From contig JASLXV010000032.1 of assembly GCA_030740155.1 (NCBI GenBank), forward strand, positions 87,361 through 151,360: a stretch of DNA of 64,000 bases, in the 5' to 3' direction. The stretch is from Dehalococcoidia bacterium. Its GTDB lineage: Bacteria; Chloroflexota; Dehalococcoidia; Lucifugimonadales; UBA3495. This document shows positions 37,076 through 46,996 of this stretch, piece by piece. The position numbers and the translations under genes are program-made. A model generated the notes under the pieces. The model saw only the letters and a program-made list of their open reading frames with translations. It did no database searches and was not told the origin of the DNA. The first letter of the stretch is position 1. Every line of letters starts with the position of its first letter.

Positions 37076-37584
37076 TGGCGCTCCTTGCCAAAGAGTGTTC
37101 CGCCATCGCGGGCGCCGCCAGATATCACTCGGGGAATAGCCCGCGGGCTGAAGCTGGGACTTTCAGGTTGGTTCAGGGGTGCGGCACCGGTTTTGGATGG
37201 ACTGGTTGAGCAGAATGGGGGCGAATCCCGGCATCTTGGCGCCGGGACCCGCGGGTCCCATGCTAACCTCATGCAAGTGCTTTGGCAACAAGGTGTCCCG
37301 GGCGCTGCGCTCAAGCGGTATCAGGGCGCTATTGGGCAAATCAGAGGCTGGTGTCGTGAAGTAGCGGCGGATTTCAAAACGGCCTGACACCTCTGGTGGT
37401 GCTCCTTGAGACCGGGCGGCCTGAAGACCGCAAGGCCGGACCGCCTTTCAGTCAATCTGGAGTGTCGATGTCTCGGCCGGTCCTTTCTAGCGAAGTCCAC
37501 CCAAAAGGGCAGGTCAGGGTGCGGACCTCCCCGGTACCGGCCCGGGCAGCGTCACGTCCGGATGGCGCCCGCGGGCGGTGAGGC

Positions 37585-38013
37585 CTACCGCCGCGGCTTG
37601 CCCCGCAGCAAAGGCTCCATGGTGCGAATCAACTCCGATACTTTGCAGGAGACCTCGACCAGGAAGTCGTCATCAAGAGGTTGCAACGGTAGGGTCTCGT
37701 GGACCCGGGTCCAGCCCCGGCCCCATTCCTCGAATTCCATGCCGGCTCCCAGCGAGGACTGGATGTCCTCCCGGTGCCGGCTCAGCAGCTCCAGGTGGCG
37801 CAGGTTACTCTCGGTTGCGCCCTCGAAGTGGAGCCCCAACTCCACCTGCCCCCTTCGCTTCTGGACCCACACTTCGTAGTGGACGGTGGGGTTTTGGTAG
37901 TGAAGCTTTATCAGGGTTGTCGACGGGCCGGTTACGTCGAACCCGCTCAGCCCCGGTGGCAGTTGCTGGCGGATCAGGTCAGCCAGGGTTTCAAGGAACT
38001 CTCTGGTTTTCAC
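37585..38013 (-). CDS. Hypothetical protein
   Basis: GGGAGG RBS upstream; GTG start VKTREFLE; HYEVW...ELGLHFE and EEWGRGW.RVHE. Confidence 0.7.
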   Translation of the reverse strand: MKTREFLETLADLIRQQLPPGLSGFDVTGPSTTLIKLHYQNPTVHYEVWVQKRRGQVELGLHFEGATESNLRHLELLSRHREDIQSSLGAGMEFEEWGRGWTRVHETLPLQPLDDDFLVEVSCKVSELIRTMEPLLRGKPRR

Positions 38014-38107
38014 GTCGAGTGGCCAGCCTCCCTTAAAACACCGGGCCGGAAAACACCGGGCCGGAGAATGCCGGGCCGGGCAGATTGGACCGGGCAACCG
38101 GCACCGC

Positions 38108-38731
38108 TCACCGGGCCGCCGCGCCCCAATGGTCATACGAGCTGACCTCGGAGAGGGGCTTGCGCTGCGCCGGGCCGAAGGAGCCAAGGGGATAGCCCAG
38201 GGGAATGCAATAGACGACCTGGACCGTGCTGGGAATCCCGAACAGCCCGTGCACCCGCTCTTCCACCTGGGGGTGCAGCGTGGTGATGGTTCCCCCGATT
38301 CCCAGTGCCCGTGCCGCCAGGAGCAGGTTCTGGGCCGCCGGAATGGTGGAACCCGCGGGTCCCGGCCCTCGGCTGGTGGCGCACAGCAGGACGATGACCG
38401 GGGCTGCTCCGATCTCGTTGGAAAGCCTCATGGCCGATCTCTTCGAATTCTTGCCCGGCGGAATATCCTCGGGGCCGTTGATCCCCTCGTCCTTTCGCTT
38501 GGCCCACCACGCCTCGCGATAGAGGACGCCCAGCTGGGCCCGCAGGTCCGGGTCTCTCACCACCAGGAAATGCCACGGCTGGGTGTTGCTCCCGCTCGGG
38601 GCCCTGGTTGCCGCCTCAAGAATGTCCTGTAGGTCGGCATCGGAGATCGGGACGGCCCTCATGCGCCGGATCGCTCGTTGCGTGAATATGGCTTCCCCCA
38701 ACGGCATTGATAGGCGGCTCGCCGTGGTCAT
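38108..38731 (-). CDS. Nitroreductase family protein
   Basis: QRAIRR, APSGSNTQPWHF and QNLLLAARALGIG motifs. Confidence 0.92.
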   Translation of the reverse strand: MTTASRLSMPLGEAIFTQRAIRRMRAVPISDADLQDILEAATRAPSGSNTQPWHFLVVRDPDLRAQLGVLYREAWWAKRKDEGINGPEDIPPGKNSKRSAMRLSNEIGAAPVIVLLCATSRGPGPAGSTIPAAQNLLLAARALGIGGTITTLHPQVEERVHGLFGIPSTVQVVYCIPLGYPLGSFGPAQRKPLSEVSSYDHWGAAAR

Positions 38732-38993
38732 GTTCTGTCCTCCTAGCTTGGTGCGGGAATACTCCCGCTATGGCTTCGGCCCAGCCGGGTCCGCCGGGTC
38801 CGGTCGATGCCCGTGACGCTCAAAGTGTAATTCGGCCCCCGCTCCCGGTCAACGGCGGCGGAAAGACCGGCCGGGTTGACGGGGCCGGCCCGTGGGAACA
38901 GCCCTTGACAGGGACAAATGAGGCGCTCTACCCTAGCTTAACCGGGCGGCGCCACGGACCGGGCCGGCCCGTAGGTTAGGTAGGAGGGCGACC

Positions 38994-39554
38994 ATGAAGG
39001 TGTTGCTGCCGAACACCACGTTCCTCAACGACATTACCAAGATGGCTCCCAGGCCTTCTTCGTTGAACGAGAAGGTTGTGGGATTTCTGGATGGGTGGGG
39101 TTGCCGCCGTGAGGACGGCACCTTCGGGATGTACCCGCTCATGGAGGAGATGCGCCAATTGCTGGAGGAGCGGTACGAGTTGGGGGGCCACATCTGGTTC
39201 CACAAACCGAACATCTCCAAGGTGGCGCCTCCGGAGCAGATGCAGGCCCTGATCGAACAGGCCGACGTGATAATCAACGGGCAGTGCGCTTGAGGCTCTT
39301 GCACTTCGGCGTCCGTGCGCGACGCCATCGATCTGGAGCAGCAAGGCAAGCCCACCGTCACCGTTACCCACGACAAGTTCGAGCGGGCCGCCCGGGCCCA
39401 TGCCAAGAGCTTGGGAATGCCGGACCTTAATCTCTTGATCGAACCGGCCCCCAAGGGGGGCAACATCTCCACCGATGTCAGGGACATCGCCGAGGCCAAC
39501 CTGGACCTGGTCATCCGGGCGTTGACATCGTCGGAAGAAAGCGAGATCCAGTAG
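38994..39554 (+). CDS. UGSC-motif selenoprotein, 186 aa
   Basis: ORFs 38994-39293 and 39315-39554 are in the same frame, joined by GQCA-TGA(39291-39293)-GSCTSASVRDA; SECIS-like hairpin follows. Confidence 0.88.
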
Positions 39555-39582
39555 ACTTGACTCTTCACCGGGACTTTCACTG

Positions 39583-40677
39583 ATGGCTGAGCGCTATTCG
39601 TCGCCCGCCGCGGACATCACCGACTACTGGGAGTTCTTCGAGCTGGCCCTGAGCCGGGGCTGGACCGACGGCCTGCCCGTCTGTCTTCCGACGGAGGACC
39701 GGGTCGGCGCCGCCATCGAGTACCTGGGCCGCGACCCCCAGGAATCCCTCGGCGTCATCGAGCCCCAAAAGGGGGTCGCCACCGTCGAGCAGGTGGCCAT
39801 CAACTGCGTAATGGCCGGGTGCACCCCCCAGATGGCGCCGGTGGTCATCACCGCCATCGAGGCCATGCTGGAGCCGGAGTTCAGCCTCCACGGCGTCCAA
39901 TCAACCACCAACCCTTGCGCCCCCCTGGTCATCGTCAACGGTCCCATTGCCCGCGACCTGGGATTCAACGTCCAAGAGGGGGCCTTCGGGGGCGGGTCCC
40001 ACGCCAACGCAGCCATCGGCCGGGCGGTTCGTCTGGTGCTGTGGAACATCGGCGGCGGCATTCCGGGGATCACGGACATGTGCACCCAAGGCAGCCCAGC
40101 CAAATTCGCATTCTGCGTGGCGGAGAACGAAGCGGCCAGCCCCTGGACACTGCTGCATGAAGAGCGGGCCGGCCTGGACCGGGACCAGAACGCGGTGACG
40201 GTCTTCGCCTGCCAGGCCCCGGACCCCGTGTTCGTGCCGGGCAACACGGACCGCATCCTGAAGCTGCTGGCCTACTCCCTGCCCACGGTGGGCATCAACA
40301 TGTTCCACACGGCGGGACAATACCTGATATCGTTCAGCGGCAAGGTGGCCCAGGAGTTGGACCGGGGCGGCTACTCCAAGGAAGCCCTGAAGGAGTGGCT
40401 CTGGAAGTACGCCGGGTACAACGTGGGGTGGCTGAAGCGCAGCGGGATATTGGAGGAGGGGGAGGGCCACATGTACTACTGGGGCCATGGCGTGGCGGAC
40501 CCGCCCAACCTGTCCAATCTCCCTGACGATGCGATCGTCCCCATGGTGGAGACGCCGCAGGACATCCACATCGCCGTGGTGGGAGGCGAGTCCCAGTGGT
40601 GGGCCGGCCTCTCCGCCGGGTGGGGGTCCTACGGCGGGTATGCCGTCACCAGGGTGATCGAGGTACCGGGCAACTAG
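39583..40677 (+). CDS. Uncharacterised partner of the UGSC protein (GWTDGLP family)
   Basis: GWTDGLPV..PT, A.N.VMAGC.P and NAAIGRA.RL...N.GG motifs; starts 28 nt after the UGSC gene. Confidence 0.8.
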   Translation: MAERYSSPAADITDYWEFFELALSRGWTDGLPVCLPTEDRVGAAIEYLGRDPQESLGVIEPQKGVATVEQVAINCVMAGCTPQMAPVVITAIEAMLEPEFSLHGVQSTTNPCAPLVIVNGPIARDLGFNVQEGAFGGGSHANAAIGRAVRLVLWNIGGGIPGITDMCTQGSPAKFAFCVAENEAASPWTLLHEERAGLDRDQNAVTVFACQAPDPVFVPGNTDRILKLLAYSLPTVGINMFHTAGQYLISFSGKVAQELDRGGYSKEALKEWLWKYAGYNVGWLKRSGILEEGEGHMYYWGHGVADPPNLSNLPDDAIVPMVETPQDIHIAVVGGESQWWAGLSAGWGSYGGYAVTRVIEVPGN

Positions 40678-41002
40678 CCGGCTGCCGCCTCCGCACCATC
40701 GCTCCTCCGGTCGGGCCTGCCTCGCCCCGGTAGTCTCGTGTTCCGCCCGCCGCCGGCCGGAAGTGGCGAACCTGACTTCACGGCATCTCCCGAACCGCCT
40801 CACCTTCTCCGCCGCGCCGCCGATGCCTCACGCCGAAGCCGCTACCTGGCGGTAGCAGGGGCCCGGCCGTCTGATTACCAAAGGGATGACTTGCTGGGAA
40901 AATCAAATCCTAGTTGGTAGACTGGGCGTCGAGGGCGACCCCGAGGCCAAGCGCGGGTAAGATTTTCTATGCTTCTCTTATATGCTTCGAGGAGGGGGAA
41001 CT

Positions 41003-42097
41003 ATGCCAGAGAAGGCTGCCGCCGCGGTAATGGTGGGCCCCAATACCATGGAGACCCGAGAGATAGACATCCCGGCCATTGGTGAGGATGATGCATTGCT
41101 GCGTGTCGAGGCTGCCGGCGTCTGTGGCACGGACTATGAGTGGTTCCAGGGTGACCTCCCGGTGCCTTACCCGTTGATTCTGGGCCACGAGCCATTGGGA
41201 CTGATCGAGGCCATCGGGCCGGTGGCCAGCCGCCGCTGGGGTGTGGAGGCGGGCGACCGGGTGGCGGTGCGCTCCGCCTACCGGTGCGGGAGATGCGCGG
41301 CCTGCCTGGAGGGCAAGGACCGGCCCTGTTCCACCGGGGGTAGATTCGGCTCCACCGCCTTGGAACGTTGGCCTGGCCTGTGGGGCTCCTTCGCCCAGTT
41401 TATGTACCTACCCCCGGGGGCGGTGGTATATCCCATGGACAAGGCGCTGCCCGCCGAGGTGGCGGTCATGTTCAACCCGCTGGGAGCCGGCTTCTCCTGG
41501 GCCGTCGAAGCCACCGGTTTGGAGCCGGGCAACTCCATCGCGATTCTGGGGCCGGGGGCGCGGGGCCTGTGTTCGGTCATGGCGGCGCGGGAAGCCGGCG
41601 CCTCTTGGGTGGCCGTCACCGGCCTGGGTCGAGACGAGCACAAACTGGCCTTGGCCCGAGAGTTGGGCGCCGACCTCGCCATCAATGTCGACGGCGAGGA
41701 CCCGGTGTCAAGGGTGATGGAGGTTACCGGAGGCCGGGGAGTGGACGTGGTGCTGGATACCACCCCCTACGCCGTCAGCGCCGTGGCCGAGGCCGTTCGC
41801 ATGGTCAAGGTCGGGGGTACCGTGGTGCTGGCGGGATTGAAAGGAGGGCGGGCCCTGGCCGACCTTTCCAGCGACGAGATTATTCAGAAGCAGGCGACCA
41901 TCAAAGGCGTGAGAGGTGTGGCGTTCGGCGCTTTCGAACGTGCGGTGAAAGCCATCCAGTCCGGGCGCCTCCCACTCCACAAGCTGCACACCCACTCATT
42001 TCCCATCGAATCGGCGGAACAGGCCATCAAGACCCTGTCCGGAGAGTCGCCTGAGCCCTCGATCCATGTCGTGATCGTTCCCAGGCCGCTCGCGTAG
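41003..42097 (+). CDS. Zinc-dependent medium-chain alcohol dehydrogenase
   Basis: GVCGTD, GHE, CGRCAAC..C and GPGARG motifs. Confidence 0.92.
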   Translation: MPEKAAAAVMVGPNTMETREIDIPAIGEDDALLRVEAAGVCGTDYEWFQGDLPVPYPLILGHEPLGLIEAIGPVASRRWGVEAGDRVAVRSAYRCGRCAACLEGKDRPCSTGGRFGSTALERWPGLWGSFAQFMYLPPGAVVYPMDKALPAEVAVMFNPLGAGFSWAVEATGLEPGNSIAILGPGARGLCSVMAAREAGASWVAVTGLGRDEHKLALARELGADLAINVDGEDPVSRVMEVTGGRGVDVVLDTTPYAVSAVAEAVRMVKVGGTVVLAGLKGGRALADLSSDEIIQKQATIKGVRGVAFGAFERAVKAIQSGRLPLHKLHTHSFPIESAEQAIKTLSGESPEPSIHVVIVPRPLA

Positions 42098-42180
42098 GCC
42101 ACCAGGGGTTGCGGTTCACCGGTCAGGTAGCCGTCGGCCGCAGGCTTCGACGGACGCCAAAATACCGGAAGAATCTTTCG

Positions 42181-42207
42181 GGCCGCCGGGTCTCGGCGGC
42201 CTTTTTC
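42181..42207 (+). terminator. Probable intrinsic terminator
   Basis: GGCCGCCGGG-T-CTCGGCGGCC hairpin followed by TTTTT. Confidence 0.6.
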
Positions 42208-42416
42208 TGTTTCGCACCGGGCGGATCATACCCCCTCGGGCGGTGAATCTCACCGGTTTCATCCACGAAAACGGACAATTTGGCCTCATCGCAGGCACCA
42301 AATCATGAACTTGCATTATTGCGAACAATGATGTTGCATCTTTGGCAATAACTCATTATTATCTTAGAGTGACTTCGCCGGTGGATTAACCGGTGGATTA
42401 AATTGGAGGTGCGGCA

Positions 42417-43496
42417 ATGAAATTCGGGTTGTTTTACCTCTTCAGCGACTTCGGCAACATTCCTCAGGACCAGTTGTTCCGCGAGATCCTCGAGGAGATC
42501 GAGTACGGAGAAGAGTTGGGCTATGACTCGGTCTGGCTGCCGGAGCACCACTTCGCCGTTTACGGTATGTTGGGCAACCCAATGACCCTGGCGGCGGCAA
42601 TATCTCAGCGCACCAAAAAGATGAAAATAGGCACCGCCATTATGGTCCTTCCCTTCCAGCACCCGCTGCGGCTGGCCGAGGATGCCGCATTGGTTGACTG
42701 CCTCAGCGAGGGGAGACTGCTGTTGGGCCTGGGCCGTGGCTACCAGCCGCCGGAGTTCCACGGGTTCGGGGTGCCCCAGCACGCCTCGCGAGGCATGTTC
42801 ATGGAGAGTTTCGAGATTCTCCGGCGGGCCCTCTCCGGCGAGAAGTTCACCTACGACGGGCATTTCTGGAAGATTGAGGAACCCACCGAGATCTTTCCCA
42901 AGCCGATTCAGAAACCGTATCCCCCGATGTATCTGGCGGCGGTGAGCCCGCCATCCTACGAGATTGCGGCCCGCCTGAACATCTCGCTCTTGCGTTCGCC
43001 CCAGTTCAGCAACCTGGATTCGGTGGCTGAGGCTTACGACGGCTACGCGAAAAGGATGAGGGAGCTTGGCAATGACCCCGATGCGCTGGACCAGCCCTTC
43101 TCAGTGCGGTCCTATGTGGCGCCCTCCGATGAGGAGGCCAGGGAAGCGACCAGCCACGTCGTATGGTTCTATCACCTGCTGGCAACTCTCCTGCCCGGGG
43201 CGCCCGGACGGCCCGCGCCGCCCTCGGGCTACGAGAACTATCCCCGGGACCCCAGCGTACTGTCGCAGGTCACGGTGGACGACGTGTGGGAGCGGGGGAC
43301 CTGCTTCGGCTCCCCGGAGCGGGTCATCGACCAGATGAAGCGGTATATGCATCAGGCTGGCGCCACCAGCTTCATGCTCCAGATGCGCATCGGAGGGCTG
43401 GAGCACAAGAAGGTGCTGCGCTCCATGGAACTCTTCGCCAAGGAAGTAATGCCCGCCCTCCGGCAGGAGGAAGCCAAACTGGCGTCAACGACTTAG
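42417..43496 (+). CDS. Luciferase-like (LLM class) flavin-dependent monooxygenase
   Basis: EHHF, HPLRLAED.A.VD.LS.GR..LG.GRGY and PKPIQKP motifs. Confidence 0.93.
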   Translation: MKFGLFYLFSDFGNIPQDQLFREILEEIEYGEELGYDSVWLPEHHFAVYGMLGNPMTLAAAISQRTKKMKIGTAIMVLPFQHPLRLAEDAALVDCLSEGRLLLGLGRGYQPPEFHGFGVPQHASRGMFMESFEILRRALSGEKFTYDGHFWKIEEPTEIFPKPIQKPYPPMYLAAVSPPSYEIAARLNISLLRSPQFSNLDSVAEAYDGYAKRMRELGNDPDALDQPFSVRSYVAPSDEEAREATSHVVWFYHLLATLLPGAPGRPAPPSGYENYPRDPSVLSQVTVDDVWERGTCFGSPERVIDQMKRYMHQAGATSFMLQMRIGGLEHKKVLRSMELFAKEVMPALRQEEAKLASTT

Positions 43497-43559
43497 GAAC
43501 AGGGGCCCGAATCGCCGATCCCCCGGTCGCCGGGAATCAACACGAGGAGGAGCACGACG

Positions 43560-44885
43560 ATGCCAAGAGTAGCACATACAGTTACGCGCCCCGGTAAGAA
43601 CTTGGGAGACCCCGAGACGATTATTCCGGTGGCGGAGGACCTGGTCACGGTGCCGGGCGTCCGCCAGCGCCCGGAAGAGGTGGACTGGTACACCGTCGAG
43701 TATCCCCTGGAAAGCCACAATGTGGAGAACCGTTCCTACCGCCAATGGGTGGACACTGTCACCGCGATCAGGGGCCTGCGCCGAGAGCACGAAACGCTGA
43801 ATAGGCCCTGGGTGACCGGCGCCAGGGCGTCGGGTGATCTGGCGCCTACGGCGACCCCGGTTCCCGAAAAGGACGTTACCCAGCAGATCAAGCAGAAGGC
43901 CCGGGAGGTGGGTTACCACGAGGTGGGGATGACGGCTTTCGACCTGCGTTACGTCTTCTCCAGCAAAAGGGACAAGGTTAATTACGACCTGCCCCACGCC
44001 ATCTGCCTGGTCATGGAGCAGCCCTACGAGGACACCCAGAGCGCTCCCAGCGGCCCCGCCGAGGCGGCGGCGCTCGCCACCTACCGTAAGGAAGGCGAGG
44101 CGGGCATCGAACTGGCGGCCTTCATCCGCTCCCTGGGCTATCGCGCCCAGGTCCACAGCCCCAACGACGCCATCTGCGCGAACATACCCATGCACGTGGC
44201 GGCGGGCCTCGGCCAGCAGGGGGCCAACGGACAGCTTCTCTCTCCGTACTTCGGGTCCCGAGCCAGGATCATGCTGATCGCCACCGACGCGCTAGTGACC
44301 TATGACGAGCCGGTGGACTACGGCATCCACGCCTTCTGCCAGGTATGCCAGGTGTGTGTGAACCGGTGCCCCGGCCGGGCCCTGCAGAAGGAGAAGGTCT
44401 GGTGGCGAGGCGTGGAGAAGAACAAGCTGATTGCCAAGCGATGCCGGCCGGTAATGGGCCGCTACGCCGCCTGCGGCATCTGCCAGAAAGTGTGCCCCAT
44501 TCAGAAGTACGGCATGAAAGAGGTGATGGAGCACTACGTCGAGACTGGAGAAGTCAAGGGCAAAGGCACCGACGAGTTGGAAGGCTACACCCTCCCCGAT
44601 ATGGGTTTCTTCGCCTCCGGTGAGCTGCCCCGATTCGACCCCGAGTTCTTCCAAATCCCGGAGGGTCGCCTGGAAGAGTGGGTCGTTAAACAGCTCAAGG
44701 AAAAGTTGGCCGAGGGCGTACAGGATGACACAAAGTTGGCGGAAGAGTACGGCAAGCACCTGGTGAGGGCGGTCCGACGCCCCGCCGACTTCATGGAAGA
44801 ACTCTACTTTACGCCGGAAGTGACCGAGGCCTTGCCGTCCCGGGAGTTCTTCGAGGACGAGCCCGAGTTCGAGGAAGACCTGTAA
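43560..44885 (+). CDS. Reductive dehalogenase/QueG-like cobalamin and 2x[4Fe-4S] protein, cytoplasmic
   Basis: LA.FIRSLGY.A, AGLG..G.NG.L.SP.FGSR.R, FCQVCQVCVNRCP and C...CGICQKVCP; no Tat signal. Confidence 0.8.
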   Translation: MPRVAHTVTRPGKNLGDPETIIPVAEDLVTVPGVRQRPEEVDWYTVEYPLESHNVENRSYRQWVDTVTAIRGLRREHETLNRPWVTGARASGDLAPTATPVPEKDVTQQIKQKAREVGYHEVGMTAFDLRYVFSSKRDKVNYDLPHAICLVMEQPYEDTQSAPSGPAEAAALATYRKEGEAGIELAAFIRSLGYRAQVHSPNDAICANIPMHVAAGLGQQGANGQLLSPYFGSRARIMLIATDALVTYDEPVDYGIHAFCQVCQVCVNRCPGRALQKEKVWWRGVEKNKLIAKRCRPVMGRYAACGICQKVCPIQKYGMKEVMEHYVETGEVKGKGTDELEGYTLPDMGFFASGELPRFDPEFFQIPEGRLEEWVVKQLKEKLAEGVQDDTKLAEEYGKHLVRAVRRPADFMEELYFTPEVTEALPSREFFEDEPEFEEDL

Positions 44886-45588
44886 GGCCTCCGCCGCCGT
44901 CGCTCTCTTACCGGAGAGGCCGGTAAGCGGGCGTGTTCTTGGACCTCACGGGGCGCTCCTTCCCCTCGAAAAACGAAGGGGAGGAGCCCGGGCGAGGATG
45001 GCCGCTGGACGTACCTCGTCGACGTTCCCGCCGGTGGCTTCACCGGCGCGGGGCGACGCTTGCAGGTACAGCCGGCGGCGGGTCGCGGGTCTCACAACGG
45101 TGGGCGGGTAACGCCCACTCGTCGAGAGGAACATCCTGGAACAGCCCAGACGCGGGGGTCATCCCTGGTCTAGTCACGCACCGGCCTGGCGCCGGCGTGG
45201 ACCTGAGATTAACCGGGGGAGCGTGCGGGCTGAAATGCCGGGCGCGGTGGCGCCCGGCTTTATATTGCCCAAGTTTGCCGCGCCGCCGAAGCCGGGAGCA
45301 TTCAAACTGTGCCCCGAGGATGAGTCGGGGCATGCCTATTTTATCGGCGAGACGGGACAGAGAGAGCCGGTCCGGTCCGAAACAGGGGATGACTGTGGTA
45401 TAAGATGGGGGAGCCTCCCCTTCGGAGAGGAGCGCGCCGGCGGCGCCCCGAAGGAAACCGGAGGGGGTCCGCCCACTATGGGACCAGGAATTGATTCCAG
45501 GTACCTGACGGCTGATCGGCGGCACCCGGCCGCCGGCATGGGGGTGCCGATACCTGGTCCGGGAAGTCCACGTGCGGGAGCGTAGCGA

Positions 45589-46824
45589 GTGAAGGAACTG
45601 AGTCGAGGTGAGCCCGCTCGCATGGAATCCAGAGGATTCCTGCTGGCCAACCTGACACTGGGGCACGCCGTCGCCCACTTCTACCAGCGTGGCTTCCTGG
45701 TGCTTCTCCCCAAGATCGTGGACGATTTGGGGCTCAGCGGGGTGGGAGTGGGTTCCCTGGACATGGTACGGCACCTAACTTCCTTCTCTATTGAGGTACC
45801 CGGCGGCTTCGTCGTCGACATGTTGAGACGCCGGTGGAGGTTGGTCTTCGCCGGGTGTATGGCCCTGATCGCGGTGGCCTGGGCGGTGACCGGCGCCGTG
45901 CCCAGCCTGCCATTTCTGCTGGGCGCCATGGTCCTGATCTCCCTGCCGGGCACAATATGGCACCTGCCGGCCATGGCGGCACTGTCCCGGCGCTACCCCG
46001 AACGAAGGGGCATGGCCATCTCGGTCCACGGGTTGGGAGGGAATCTAGGAAACGTGGTGGGGCCCTTGGTGGCGGGAGCGCTCCTAGGCTTCTTGCTCCT
46101 AACTTGGCGCCAGGTCGCTTTTCTCTATGCCCTCCCGCCGTTGATCTTGGCACTGCTGTTCTGGGTGTCCCTCCGGAGCTTGGGAAGGGACAGCGCTGAG
46201 GAGGGGAAAAGACTGGGCGGCCGCCTGCGGGAAGCCTTGGGTTTGCTCAAGAGCGGTGCGGTCCTCCGCCTGGTGTCGGTGGCCATGCTCAGAGCCGTGG
46301 GATTCAATGCCATCAGCTGGTGGACCCCTATATACTTGAGCGACGAACTGGGACTGGGAGACGCCACCGTTGGCTTCTATGTGGCGCTGCTGACCGCCCT
46401 GGGCATGGTCTCGCTGCCCTTCATGGGCACCCTCTCGGACCGCTTCAGCAGGAAGGCCGTGCTCGTTCCGGGGCTGATAGCCATGTCCGTGCTGCCCTTC
46501 TTGCTGGTCAATGTGGGAGCGGGCCTCGGCCTCACCATAGTAATCGGTGCTATGGGCCTTTTTTCCTATTCCCTGAACCAGGTCATCAGGGCCGCGGTTC
46601 TCGACCTGGCGCCTAGAGGCGCTGAGGCCACGTCCTACGGTCTGGTTTTCGGGCTCACCCAACCCATAATCGCAGTGTCATCGATAGTCGCGGGGGCCAT
46701 GAAAGACTGGTGGGGGATAGAGTTCGTGTTCTACTACTCCGGCATTCTGGTGGGCCTGTCCGCCCTCGTACTTATTGTCAGCCCCATGCAGAGACCGGTC
46801 GGCACGGCCCCCGACCCCATATAG
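45589..46824 (+). CDS. MFS transporter, paralog of 32675-33931
   Basis: About 12 TMs; shares PGG.VVD.LR and IWHL.A motifs with the other MFS; start may be ATG 45622. Confidence 0.88.
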   Translation: MKELSRGEPARMESRGFLLANLTLGHAVAHFYQRGFLVLLPKIVDDLGLSGVGVGSLDMVRHLTSFSIEVPGGFVVDMLRRRWRLVFAGCMALIAVAWAVTGAVPSLPFLLGAMVLISLPGTIWHLPAMAALSRRYPERRGMAISVHGLGGNLGNVVGPLVAGALLGFLLLTWRQVAFLYALPPLILALLFWVSLRSLGRDSAEEGKRLGGRLREALGLLKSGAVLRLVSVAMLRAVGFNAISWWTPIYLSDELGLGDATVGFYVALLTALGMVSLPFMGTLSDRFSRKAVLVPGLIAMSVLPFLLVNVGAGLGLTIVIGAMGLFSYSLNQVIRAAVLDLAPRGAEATSYGLVFGLTQPIIAVSSIVAGAMKDWWGIEFVFYYSGILVGLSALVLIVSPMQRPVGTAPDPI

Positions 46825-46996
46825 ATGGAACCCAGCCGGCCGGTCTGGCTGTGCAGCGAGACCGGCCTTGGCTTGGCTAGGCGCCGTCTTCCTCGGCGGC
46901 CGCAACCGGCTCGTGGTTGCCCGCCGGCTCTACCTGGTCAACAAGCGGACGGAGGTTAGGTGCCGGGGTGCTCGATTTGGCGAAGGGGGAACTGGC

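Noticed and set aside
38035..38080. 15-bp tandem repeat AAAACACCGGGCCGG x2-3
   Set aside because: Short intergenic slippage repeat with no further support for function.
43560..44885. Respiratory reductive dehalogenase (organohalide respiration)
   Set aside because: No Tat signal and no rdhB membrane anchor; only a fold-level RdhA/QueG call is supported.
44890..45400. Structured ncRNA such as RNase P RNA (GGGTAACGCCC hairpin, GAGGAACATCC)
   Set aside because: The universally conserved RNase P segments are not present in the right order; GC-rich hairpins alone are not enough. An Rfam scan would settle it.
45415..45520. Glycine riboswitch-like GGAGAG...CCGAAG before the MFS gene
   Set aside because: No CTCTCAGG-type 3' element or second aptamer is recognisable.
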